Below, piece by piece: positions 7,167-14,499 of a DNA stretch of 64,000 bases; within the stretch, counting starts at the first letter, position 1, and each line of letters opens with the position of its first letter. The notes beneath the pieces are model-generated. The model did not search any database and was not told where the DNA came from. It was given only the letters and a program-made list of their open reading frames with translations. The translations under genes were made by a program, and so were the position numbers. The stretch is from the IMG/VR virus record IMGVR_UViG_3300044632_002025; one strand, given 5' to 3'. This stretch comes from a virus.

Positions 7167-7258
7167 GGGGTGGGGATTTGTTGAGAAATGTTTCTTCGGT
7201 TAAAGCTCTTTGAGTGTCTTATCATACCTAAGATTGGCTCAGGGTCAGCCTTTTAGAC

Positions 7259-7270
7259 TATACGCCCAAT
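7259..7270 (+). promoter_or_regulatory. late-type motif site L2
   Basis: TATACGCCCAAT, 37 nt upstream of ATG 7307. Confidence 0.45.
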
Positions 7271-7306
7271 CCAGAAATTGGATTCTAAAACTATTTATAG
7301 AGGGAT

Positions 7307-7798
7307 ATGAGAAAGAAAGACGTTAGAATGAGCAAAGAGGTCGTGGAACAAACCAAAAAATTGTTCCAAATCTATAAACTGGGAGGGGTGTCTGTTAGGA
7401 CTTTAGCAGAACGGTTCGATATTCCCTGGACTACTTTAAGAGATAGATTTCGTTCCCAATATGGAAAACAGTATACCAAACATAGAGCAGATGAAGGGAC
7501 TGTCCATGCTGTGATTAAAGAACATTTAAGTCGTCTAGAAGGTATTCACTTACGCAGGGCGGCTGAATGGTATCGGAAGAATCAAGCAGAACTCCTAATG
7601 CAAGCTCTTGAAGACCAAATGAATCCAGGGCAACGACCTAAAGTATATACCGAACGTCGTATGGATTCTGATACCAAAGCTATGTGTCGTTTGAACCATG
7701 ATATAGGGTCTTCTCCTTATTTATCCGATGGTAGGTATGAACCTAAAATCGATGGTGAAGATTCAGACGAACCTTTACCATCAGACTTTTGGGATTAA
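7307..7798 (+). CDS. helix-turn-helix DNA-binding protein (small-terminase or site-specific DNA-binding candidate)
   Basis: 163 aa. The N-terminal GGVSVRTLAERFDIPWTTLRDRF is HTH-like and the C-terminus is acidic. A late-type motif and the 3x palindromic repeat array lie upstream. Confidence 0.55.
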   Translation: MRKKDVRMSKEVVEQTKKLFQIYKLGGVSVRTLAERFDIPWTTLRDRFRSQYGKQYTKHRADEGTVHAVIKEHLSRLEGIHLRRAAEWYRKNQAELLMQALEDQMNPGQRPKVYTERRMDSDTKAMCRLNHDIGSSPYLSDGRYEPKIDGEDSDEPLPSDFWD

Positions 7799-7859
7799 TT
7801 GGGTCTAACGGGGTCTAACGGGGTCTGACCCATCCTCAACCCTACCTGACCCCTCCTGA

Positions 7860-7880
7860 CCCCTTTGGAAGGGGTTTTTT
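7860..7880 (+). terminator. rho-independent terminator after 7307..7798
   Basis: CCCCTT-tgg-AAGGGG followed by TTTTTT. Confidence 0.7.
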
Positions 7881-7971
7881 ATTGTCAACCCCCAGTCTGC
7901 CCCGGTTAAGCTGGGGGGTGGTTCAAATGTACTAGACAAAGATGAACTGGGGGGGGTAGGGGGGGGTTCTC

Positions 7972-8108
7972 TTTTTTCAGGGCGACCCTTCCTATTCCAT
8001 CCCCCCCAAGTTTGACAGGGCTTAACTGGGTTTGACCCCTAGACCCCCTTTTACCTTGGGTATGAGTATTTATACCTATCCCTAAAGACATAGTACGGGG
8101 TTTGACCC
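7972..8108 (+). repeat. ~137-bp direct repeat R1, copy a
   Basis: TTTTTCAGGGCGACCC...GGTATGAGTATTTATACCT...AGTACGGGGTTTGACCC. About 90% identical to 8312..8448. Confidence 0.85.
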
Positions 8109-8125
8109 GACCAGACCCCGTTTAA

Positions 8126-8189
8126 CCACTTCCACCCAACCTGACCCAGTTAGCTAAGGGTGGAAGTGGGGGGGTTCTTGGGTTTTTTT
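8126..8189 (+). other. 12-bp perfect stem-loop with distal T-run
   Basis: CCACTTCCACCC (8126-8137) pairs with GGGTGGAAGTGG (8158-8169) across a 20-nt loop. TTTTTTT follows at 8183-8189, 13 nt after the stem. Confidence 0.4.
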
Positions 8190-8311
8190 ATGGAGACCTC
8201 CTTGATTCCACTTGGTCGGATTGGGTTGAATCTGGTTTGACCCTGCCAGCCCCAGCCTAAGCCAACCAGCCCCAGCCATTCCTTACTAAGGGGGTAGGGG
8301 GGTTAGGTTGG

Positions 8312-8448
8312 TTTTTCAGGGCGACCCCCCTTATTTCATCCCTCCCAAGTTTAACAGGGCTTAACTGGGTTTGACCCCCCAGACCCCCTTTTACCTTGGG
8401 TATGAGTATTTATACCTATTTCTAAAGACATAGTACGGGGTTTGACCC
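8312..8448 (+). repeat. direct repeat R1, copy b
   Basis: See 7972..8108. A third, partial copy of the G-rich leader (GGTAGGGGGGGTTAGGTTGGTTTTT) is at 8497-8521. Confidence 0.85.
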
Positions 8449-8670
8449 TGCCAGACCAGTCTTAGCCAACCAGTCCCAACTATTCTATACTAGGGGGGTA
8501 GGGGGGGTTAGGTTGGTTTTTATAACGGACAGTTATAACTCCGCACCTGGTCTGACCTGTTTTAGCCCGGTTCAACCCCAGTTTAATACATTTGTACTAT
8601 ATAAATCCACAACTGGGGGGGTTCGAGGCATTTTTCACCCCCCTAGTTTCCCCTTTAGACTCAGATGAAA

Positions 8671-8750
8671 CCCAGTCTGGCCATGTTCAACCCAGTCTGG
8701 TCATGTTCAACCCCGTCTGGCCATGCTTAACCCAGTCTGGTACAAGTGTA
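8671..8750 (+). repeat. four tandem 20-bp iteron-like units
   Basis: The units cccagtctggccatgttcaa, cccagtctggtcatgttcaa, ccccgtctggccatgcttaa and cccagtctggtacaagtgta can be read directly. Confidence 0.8.
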
Positions 8751-8752
8751 CT
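8739..8752. promoter_or_regulatory. LexA-box-like palindrome GGTACAAGTGTACT
   Basis: Copy 4, fused to the last iteron unit. Confidence 0.4.
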
Positions 8753-8952
8753 AAGGGTCTAACAAGTAGGGGGGTTACTTGAATCTGAAATTCTCTCCGA
8801 ACCCCCCCACTTGCCCCCTTAGACCCAGGTGAAACCTAGACAGGACAAGGTTTCCAGGTTGCCCCCTGACTTCCCCTATTAGGACTTAATTGCCGTTGTT
8901 GATGATGGTTAGACCAAGTTTAAAATCTGTCAAAAGTTCAGTGTTTTAAGGG

Positions 8953-8981
8953 TTGCAAAATATTCACGCCCAAGTTATAAT
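8953..8981 (+). promoter_or_regulatory. orphan near-consensus promoter inside the island
   Basis: TTGCAA (8953-8958), 17 nt, TATAAT (8976-8981). The spacer contains CGCCCAAG (8967-8974). No credible ORF lies downstream. Confidence 0.5.
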
Positions 8982-9280
8982 AGGGAAAGAGTCTTGAGGT
9001 CAAATTATACTCTAGGACAAACATTTAACCTAACCATTTTTAGGAAATGTATAAATGGATACATTTTGGGTCAAACTGGGGCTTAAGGGACACCAACATC
9101 GTCAAACCATTCCAGCATGGGGTTTGCGGGGGATTTGCCAAGTCGAAACTGGAGTAGATAGGGCTAACTGGGAAATTGATGCCCTGGACATAAAAAACCA
9201 AAGCAACCCCCCCACTTGATGGGTTAAAACAGGGCTATATCTTTAGAGGTAGGTATAAATACTCATACCTTGTACATAAC

Positions 9281-9437
9281 GGTTAGTCGAGGGCAGTGCG
9301 GGGAGAATTAGTCCTCCCCTGTAGAAAAAACTGACCTACCCCCCCCCACCCCCCCTAGGAGATGAGAGACTGGTTAGTCGAAGGCAGTGCGGGGGGAATT
9401 AGGTCTCCCCCGTAGAAAAAAACTTATCCACCCCCCT
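9281..9437 (+). repeat. two ~65-bp direct repeats R2, each with a G/C hairpin
   Basis: 9281-9345 and 9372-9437 share GGTTAGTCGA(G/A)GGCAGTGCGGGG...CTCCCC..GTAGAAAAAA. Just upstream, AGGTATAAATACTCATACC (9251-9269) is the inverted copy of the 19-mer inside R1 (8059-8077, 8399-8417). Confidence 0.8.
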
Positions 9438-9616
9438 ACCTACCCCGTTGACGGGTTAACCTAGAAACTCTACGGGGTCGGGACTTCAGTAACAACTAGG
9501 GGGGTTATTTTAGGATTCAGACCCCCCCTAGTTGGGAATTTAATACCTAAAACAAATAGGGTTTTATCAACTCTAAACAGGTTAGACATTGATAAAACCT
9601 ATTCGCTATGTTAGCC

Positions 9617-10354
9617 TTACTCTAAACCAATTTGTTTGATTTTGCCAATTTCACAAGCCTTTTTGACAGCTTCAAATGGTTCTAAACCATCTTCAACAAT
9701 AAATCTGGAAGCTAATTCTTCTGCAAACTTTAGCTCTCTTAAGGCTTCAGTAGGAATATGGTCACGGATAGCTCCTGATTCCTTAAGTTGATAGTGGTCT
9801 TTGGCTTGTTTTGATTTAACGCCTAAGACTAGCCCATTGAGATAGTCTGTAGAATTAGGATAGATGAACTTTTTGTAATTAGAACTTAGTTCTGGGTTAT
9901 TTTCCAAATAATATTTGAAAGAGTCAGTTAGGGTGCGACGGGCGATTTTGCTTTCAACTCTGGTTTGGAGACGGTCATTGCGTTCTTCTTCAGTACGTTG
10001 AATATTGAAAGCATGGTCTAAGCGACGTTCTAAAGATTCTACCAAACAGGAAAAAGCTACGGCTTGGCATTTTTTGTTGCCCAGTTGAGCATAAGCACTT
10101 ACTATAGTACAAAAGGTCTCCATACCCATAAGTCTAGCTAATGCGTTAGTACCCTCTACATGAACCTTCTCAACAGAAAGATTGTCCAGTGCCAGTAAGG
10201 GTTTGGCGTATTTTTTACCGGTTGAGTCACCTATAAGAATATCTAATGCTTTGCAACCATTTTGGGACATAGCATAGCTACCATCAGGTAATTGATACCC
10301 TTCAAGTTGGATGCCGCCTAATTTAATTGTGGCTTTTTTGGCTTTGTTGTTCAT
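9617..10354 (-). CDS. hypothetical DNA-binding-like protein
   Basis: Track ORF trimmed to ATG 10354 (MNNKAKKATIKLGG...). The N-terminal DGSYAMSQNG resembles DGKTCGMSQSA in 45987..46826. No firm family call. Confidence 0.5.
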   Translation of the reverse strand: MNNKAKKATIKLGGIQLEGYQLPDGSYAMSQNGCKALDILIGDSTGKKYAKPLLALDNLSVEKVHVEGTNALARLMGMETFCTIVSAYAQLGNKKCQAVAFSCLVESLERRLDHAFNIQRTEEERNDRLQTRVESKIARRTLTDSFKYYLENNPELSSNYKKFIYPNSTDYLNGLVLGVKSKQAKDHYQLKESGAIRDHIPTEALRELKFAEELASRFIVEDGLEPFEAVKKACEIGKIKQIGLE

Positions 10355-10398
10355 AGCTAAATTCCAGTCTGTGAAAAAGAATAACAGACCATAAATCA

Positions 10399-10427
10399 AT
10401 TATAGCAATTTGTCAATGTTCAGACAA
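10399..10427 (-). promoter_or_regulatory. early-type promoter for 9617..10354
   Basis: Minus strand: TTGTCT (10427-10422), 17 nt, TATAAT (10404-10399). Confidence 0.55.
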
Positions 10428-10460
10428 TGTGAAAAATACGGAAATCCTGACCCCTGTTAG

Positions 10461-10476
10461 ACAATAACGCCCAAAG
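10461..10476 (+). promoter_or_regulatory. late-type motif site L3
   Basis: ACAATAACGCCCAAAG, 38 nt upstream of ATG 10514. Confidence 0.5.
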
Positions 10477-10513
10477 CAGAAAATGTAAACCCAAGTGTAC
10501 AATTAAAAGAGAT

Positions 10514-11131
10514 ATGACACCGGAAGAAATTAAACTATTATTAGAGGAATCGCAACAGGCGTTTCTATCCCAACTACAAGGGGAATTGGGAACGCTAAAG
10601 GCAGGCATCTTAAGCGAGGTAGACCGAAAAAACAGTGGATTGGCGAGTAGTCTACAAAAATCCTGGGATAAAAAAACCACTAAAGCACCCGAACCTGAGC
10701 CAGAATTAGAAGTGGAAGTGGAGACACCCAAACAGAAACTAAGTCTTCAAGCCCTACAGAAACAGATTGAAGATTTGAAAAAACAGTCAGAGGAAAAAGA
10801 CAGAAAAATAGTTGCCAAAGAATTAGAATCCACATTAAATGCAACAATCTCCAAATTTAAACCGCTAGACTTAGGAATTGCGACCAAAGCCTTTAAGCTA
10901 CAGTACGAGGATAACTTAGTTTACGAGGATGGTGTAGCCTTTGTCAAAAATGGGGATAATGTGGAAAGTCTGGATGAGGCGTTAGGAAAATTCCTAGAAA
11001 CTGATTTCGGTAAAAGTCTATTACCCCCGACATCCAAAGCTCGTGGTGCTGGATTAAAACCCCAAAACAGTAGCCCTGCCCCCACAGAGGGGAAACGGGA
11101 CATTCTGGAAGATTTGTTTATTGAGGATTAA
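10514..11131 (+). CDS. putative scaffolding protein
   Basis: 205 aa, highly charged and coiled-coil-like (E/K/L/Q rich). Sits just upstream of the major capsid gene. This is a positional inference. Confidence 0.5.
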   Translation: MTPEEIKLLLEESQQAFLSQLQGELGTLKAGILSEVDRKNSGLASSLQKSWDKKTTKAPEPEPELEVEVETPKQKLSLQALQKQIEDLKKQSEEKDRKIVAKELESTLNATISKFKPLDLGIATKAFKLQYEDNLVYEDGVAFVKNGDNVESLDEALGKFLETDFGKSLLPPTSKARGAGLKPQNSSPAPTEGKRDILEDLFIED

Positions 11132-11142
11132 GTTAAGGTTAA

Positions 11143-11165
11143 GAGGGTTCTAAAACAGAACCCTC
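11143..11165. terminator. stem-loop between convergent genes (no U-run)
   Basis: GAGGGTTC-taaaaca-GAACCCTC, an 8-bp stem. Confidence 0.3.
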
Positions 11166-11170
11166 CCCCC

Positions 11171-11488
11171 CTACCCCAAATTACCCCAAACGAGTCCATC
11201 ATGGGTAGTCAGGCAATATAGAGCCTCGACTACCTTAATTAGTTTTAAAGTCAGAAACGGGGTAAGTTCGGGTAGTTTAGAGAGGGCAAACAAATCACGA
11301 ATGATACCATCAAAAGCATTACAACGGATAACAGAAAGACTAACACAGATAGGGTTGTTATAGTCAGAAGAACCTAGTAGGGCAAGGCGTTCAGCCAATT
11401 CATAGGGGGCGGAGTCGAGACCAGAGATAAGGAAAGAAATATTGCAATGGGTCTCAAACTTTTCCAATTCCAACTGAAATATACGCAT
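11171..11488 (-). CDS. hypothetical protein, reverse-oriented insert between scaffold and capsid genes
   Basis: Track ORF trimmed to ATG 11488 (MRIFQLELEKF), behind GGTAGGTG. It has its own TTCAAT-17-TATAAT on the minus strand at about 11540-11575. Confidence 0.45.
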   Translation of the reverse strand: MRIFQLELEKFETHCNISFLISGLDSAPYELAERLALLGSSDYNNPICVSLSVIRCNAFDGIIRDLFALSKLPELTPFLTLKLIKVVEALYCLTTHDGLVWGNLG

Positions 11489-11645
11489 CTTAACACCTAC
11501 CAATATTTAGACTTAGATTGAGCGGAGTAAAAAGGGGTTCGCCCATTTCCTATTATAGAGGCGAACTACGGCCTATTGAACAGTAGAAACCCTGTGTGGG
11601 ATAAAACACAAAAGAATCTACTGAAAATAATAGGAAAATTAGAAA

Positions 11646-12692
11646 ATGGCAAAGCTTAATTTAGCAGTAGTCAACACGATTTTTTCGGAATTGTTGACCA
11701 AAGAGGTAAACCGTGAAGCAACCTTCTTGTCGTTGCTGTCGAAGTTACCCGAACGTAAGTCCAATATCCAGTGGTCTGTAGGAGTTGGTGGAACGCAAGC
11801 AACGGGAGTAGCAATTACTGGTTCAGCACCTGCGGCCAGCCAAGACGTAACTATTCCGGCACAGTTACCCATCAATAGTTCTTCGTTACAATCTACTTTC
11901 ACCTTGAACTTGAAAGAGATTGAGGAAGCTAAAGAAATGGTTTCCAATGCAGAATTACGTCAGTTGCTGTCTGCACAAATGCGTAATGCAGTAGACGAAC
12001 AAGCTACTACTTTAAACCGTAAATTATACAATGGAACCGGTGCGATTTCTGATGGAGGAATCATCGGTCTATCCATTGCGGCTGGTACTGGAGATTATGC
12101 GGGTATTCCTTCAGCGACCTACCCTTTATGGCAAGGACAGGTCGTAGATTGCTGGGATGCCGCCGCCGCCGCCGCCGACAAACGCCAAGCCTTAAAAACC
12201 GACTTTATGCTGGAATTAGACCGTAAAATCCGCTACCGTCCTGGTCGGTATGACCTAATCCTAACTACCCCTAAAGTCGTTGAACAATACAAGAAAGTCT
12301 TTGAAGCCAATCGTAGCTTCCAAATCATGACTTTTGACGGCAACCGAGTTCCTTTGGTGGACTTAGGATTCAACGTGGCTGGTTACATGGGAACCCCAAT
12401 CATCGATGATGTGTATTGTAACCGTACCCGTACTGCGGCTGAATCGGCCATTACCACTGCTCTCGGTACTGATGTTGACGAAGGTGTAATGTATTTCTTA
12501 CGTCGTGAAGACTTAACGTTCTATTCCGCACCCGTACAGAACTCGTTTTCGGCTAACGGTGTTTATACCTTAATGCGTCAACTGGCTCAAACTAGCTTGT
12601 ATGTGGACAACTTCGTAGTTGGTTGTATTGCCCAGTTGCAATTAGCCACTCGGAAAAACGTTGGAGTTATCCGTAATATTAAAGTCGCCTAA
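11646..12692 (+). CDS. major capsid protein (HK97-fold type, inferred)
   Basis: 348 aa. Follows the scaffold-like gene, shows strong codon bias (cgt/ggt/acc) and is followed by a strong terminator. No sequence-family check was possible. Confidence 0.65.
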   Translation: MAKLNLAVVNTIFSELLTKEVNREATFLSLLSKLPERKSNIQWSVGVGGTQATGVAITGSAPAASQDVTIPAQLPINSSSLQSTFTLNLKEIEEAKEMVSNAELRQLLSAQMRNAVDEQATTLNRKLYNGTGAISDGGIIGLSIAAGTGDYAGIPSATYPLWQGQVVDCWDAAAAAADKRQALKTDFMLELDRKIRYRPGRYDLILTTPKVVEQYKKVFEANRSFQIMTFDGNRVPLVDLGFNVAGYMGTPIIDDVYCNRTRTAAESAITTALGTDVDEGVMYFLRREDLTFYSAPVQNSFSANGVYTLMRQLAQTSLYVDNFVVGCIAQLQLATRKNVGVIRNIKVA

Positions 12693-12711
12693 GACTTAAT
12701 AAACCCTAAAT

Positions 12712-12739
12712 CACCCCTTTAACGGGGGGTGGTTTTTTG
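12712..12739 (+). terminator. rho-independent terminator after the capsid gene
   Basis: CACCCC-tttaac-GGGGGGTG followed by GTTTTTTG. Confidence 0.75.
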
Positions 12740-12813
12740 TCCTTACCCCACGCCTAAGTGTACGGGAATCCCTACTGAAAGACCGTAGATAATGCTGGAA
12801 AAATTGGCATATA

Positions 12814-13521
12814 ATGGAAGGGAACATACATTATAGGTCAAATATGGCTATCATTCCAAGCAATCAGACTGAATTACTCGCTTTCGTTTCCCAAGATGCC
12901 AGTGAACAAGGGAATTTGTCAATCCGTGGCGTGGCGAAAATGGTGGGAGTAGACGATATGTCTATCATCCGAGCCTGTAAATTTCTAGAGATATACATGG
13001 AGGATGAAACTATAAAGCCGTCCGATACCGTTCTACTATTGGATTATTTATCTGAAACAGATAGTACATTATTATCCGAAAGTTTTGTTAGACGCTTTGG
13101 CTTACTGGGTATTTATGCTTCGACAATCCATTTGTTTGATGGGGTGAGTTTAGGACAAGCTTATAAGACAGCCGCACTAAGTTCTGAGGATTGCCTCAAA
13201 GGATTATTTCAGCAAACTAACAAGGGGAAAAGTAAGGTTACAGGCTATATTTATTGGATACAGCAAGCTACAACAGGTTACACAAAGATAGGGGTTAGTG
13301 TAGACCCCTATAAAAGACTAAGTTCATTACAAGTGGCATCGCCTACCCGTTTAACCTTAATACATAAAAAGCGGTATAATAATTGTGATTTATATGAAAT
13401 AGAGAAACGTATTCACAGACAATATAAAGAATATCATGTCTTAGGCGAATGGTTTGCGCTACCTCAAGATGTGGTCACTAATTTAACTAAGTCCAATAGT
13501 AAGTCTAACGGATTAGGCTAA
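12814..13521 (+). CDS. T5orf172 / GIY-YIG-superfamily domain protein (free-standing homing-endonuclease-like)
   Basis: The C-terminal half, GYIYWIQQATTGYTKIGVSVDPYKRLSSLQVASPTRLTLIH...EIEKRIHRQYKEYHVLGEWF, matches the T5orf172 pattern I know. The N-terminal LSIRGVAKMVGVDDMSIIRA is HTH-like. Confidence 0.6.
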   Translation: MEGNIHYRSNMAIIPSNQTELLAFVSQDASEQGNLSIRGVAKMVGVDDMSIIRACKFLEIYMEDETIKPSDTVLLLDYLSETDSTLLSESFVRRFGLLGIYASTIHLFDGVSLGQAYKTAALSSEDCLKGLFQQTNKGKSKVTGYIYWIQQATTGYTKIGVSVDPYKRLSSLQVASPTRLTLIHKKRYNNCDLYEIEKRIHRQYKEYHVLGEWFALPQDVVTNLTKSNSKSNGLG

Positions 13522-13536
13522 ACTAAACAAAATGGG

Positions 13537-13562
13537 GAGGGTCTAAAAGCCCTCTTTTTTTT
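13537..13562 (+). terminator. rho-independent terminator
   Basis: GAGGG-tctaaaag-CCCTC followed by TTTTTTTT. Confidence 0.75.
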
Positions 13563-13602
13563 GTCCTTACCAGTCTTAACAAAACTTAACATGGGTAAAA
13601 CC

Positions 13603-13621
13603 ACAACGCTCAAACTAAATA
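13603..13621 (+). promoter_or_regulatory. late-type motif site L4
   Basis: ACAACGCTCAAAC followed by TAAATA. Lies 23 nt upstream of ATG 13644. Confidence 0.45.
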
Positions 13622-13643
13622 AAACACCTGCCAAGAGATAAAA

Positions 13644-14003
13644 ATGCTGTTCACACCAGATGAAATATCTAGAATTAAAATAGCACTTGGGTATGAAGAA
13701 TTTCCTAAGTATGAAGCTGATGTGCAGTTCATGCTAGAAGTGATTGAAGACGAAGTGCGCTATAACAGAATCTTATTTCTACTGGACAAAGTGGAAGAAA
13801 TAGATAGTAAAATACAACAATATGTAGAGAAACTCTATGTAGAACAGGTAGAGGGTATAACTTTGAACTATGAAAAAGTGGTACTGGGATTGAAAAAAGA
13901 AGGTCTGCGGAGACTAAAAGAATTGTCTTGGCAGACCAACTTAGATATAAGAAACTCCCCGTTCAAAGGCGGGGAGTCAGGGTTTAGCTTTGTCGCCTAT
14001 TGA
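13644..14003 (+). CDS. hypothetical protein (late)
   Basis: ORF track, 119 aa. A late-type motif lies upstream. Confidence 0.5.
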   Translation: MLFTPDEISRIKIALGYEEFPKYEADVQFMLEVIEDEVRYNRILFLLDKVEEIDSKIQQYVEKLYVEQVEGITLNYEKVVLGLKKEGLRRLKELSWQTNLDIRNSPFKGGESGFSFVAY

Positions 14004-14446
14004 GAAAAGGGAGGTAGTTTACAGGTTTCTGTTGTTTTGATTAGGAACTGGAGTTGCTCGGCTTTCATCAAGACATCAGAGTAGTCTACCCCATCTTGAA
14101 TATGCCAAGACCAATATTTTAGGTCATCCATGACTTCTTCCAATTCCAATCGGGTAGCGATTTCTGCTTGACGTGCCATGTCTTTGTCTTCTGGGGGTAG
14201 AAATTGTACAGTACCGCCTTTGAAGGGGGGATTCTCGGTAATTAACCAAATTACTTGAGGTACGATACCTGTTTTTATTTTAGTCCAAGCAAGGTAATAC
14301 TTTCCTCGGCAAAAAACAACTGCCATATCCCCATTTTGCTTTAACTCAGTCACTTCAAAAATCGCCCCCCCACAAGGTTCTCCCTCAAAACAATCTTGAC
14401 CCCGTAGGATGAAGACATCGCCTAATTCGAGAAATCCCTTAGTCAT
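13997..14446 (-). CDS. hypothetical protein (early-type promoter)
   Basis: ORF track, 149 aa. SD AAGGAG precedes the ATG. Confidence 0.5.
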   Translation of the reverse strand: MTKGFLELGDVFILRGQDCFEGEPCGGAIFEVTELKQNGDMAVVFCRGKYYLAWTKIKTGIVPQVIWLITENPPFKGGTVQFLPPEDKDMARQAEIATRLELEEVMDDLKYWSWHIQDGVDYSDVLMKAEQLQFLIKTTETCKLPPFSQ

Positions 14447-14470
14447 ATAAACTCCTTGTTAGTTGTGTTC

Positions 14471-14499
14471 AGTTTAACAGATTACAATACCGTTGTCAA
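14471..14499 (-). promoter_or_regulatory. early-type promoter
   Basis: Minus strand: TTGACA (14499-14494), 17 nt, TAAACT (14476-14471). Confidence 0.65.

Larger units (their letters stand above)
7799..9616. other. 1.8-kb gene-free repeat island between convergent genes
   Basis: No credible ORF. About twenty runs of 6-9 consecutive G or C. Several direct, inverted and tandem repeat families (listed as separate features). Confidence 0.8.

Noticed and set aside
6954-7184. Track ORF of 76 aa with the internal repeat KKSYG.F.HYYL.
   Set aside because: It is the three 45-bp palindromic DNA repeats read in one frame. There is no SD, and the repeat structure is better explained as protein-binding DNA.
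7906-8091. Minus-strand 61-aa ORF in the repeat island.
   Set aside because: It is Gly/Pro-rich, produced by translating G/C homopolymer tracts. It lies inside repeat R1, and the second R1 copy does not keep the frame open.
7980-8330. GGCGACC inside both R1 copies resembles part of the lambda cohesive-end sequence GGGCGGCGACCT, tempting a cos call.
   Set aside because: Only a 7-mer is shared, which is expected by chance many times in 64 kb. There is no evidence about the real genome ends.
4186-8750. Possible CRISPR array among the tandem repeats (4186-4247, 5922-5975, 7034-7166, 8671-8750; also 60746-60841).
   Set aside because: The units are contiguous, with no unique spacers of 25-40 nt between them. 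Periods are 10-45 bp, and no cas genes are present. The 60746 repeat is in frame inside a gene.
9047-9157. A 36-codon ORF downstream of the orphan promoter.
   Set aside because: AGGAA abuts the ATG with no spacer. The composition looks random and nothing supports coding, so the region is treated as non-coding.
12162-12176. A (GCC)5 trinucleotide run in the capsid gene encodes AAAAA.
   Set aside because: It is short and in frame in a surface-loop-like region. It is noted, but nothing beyond a minor simple repeat can be claimed.
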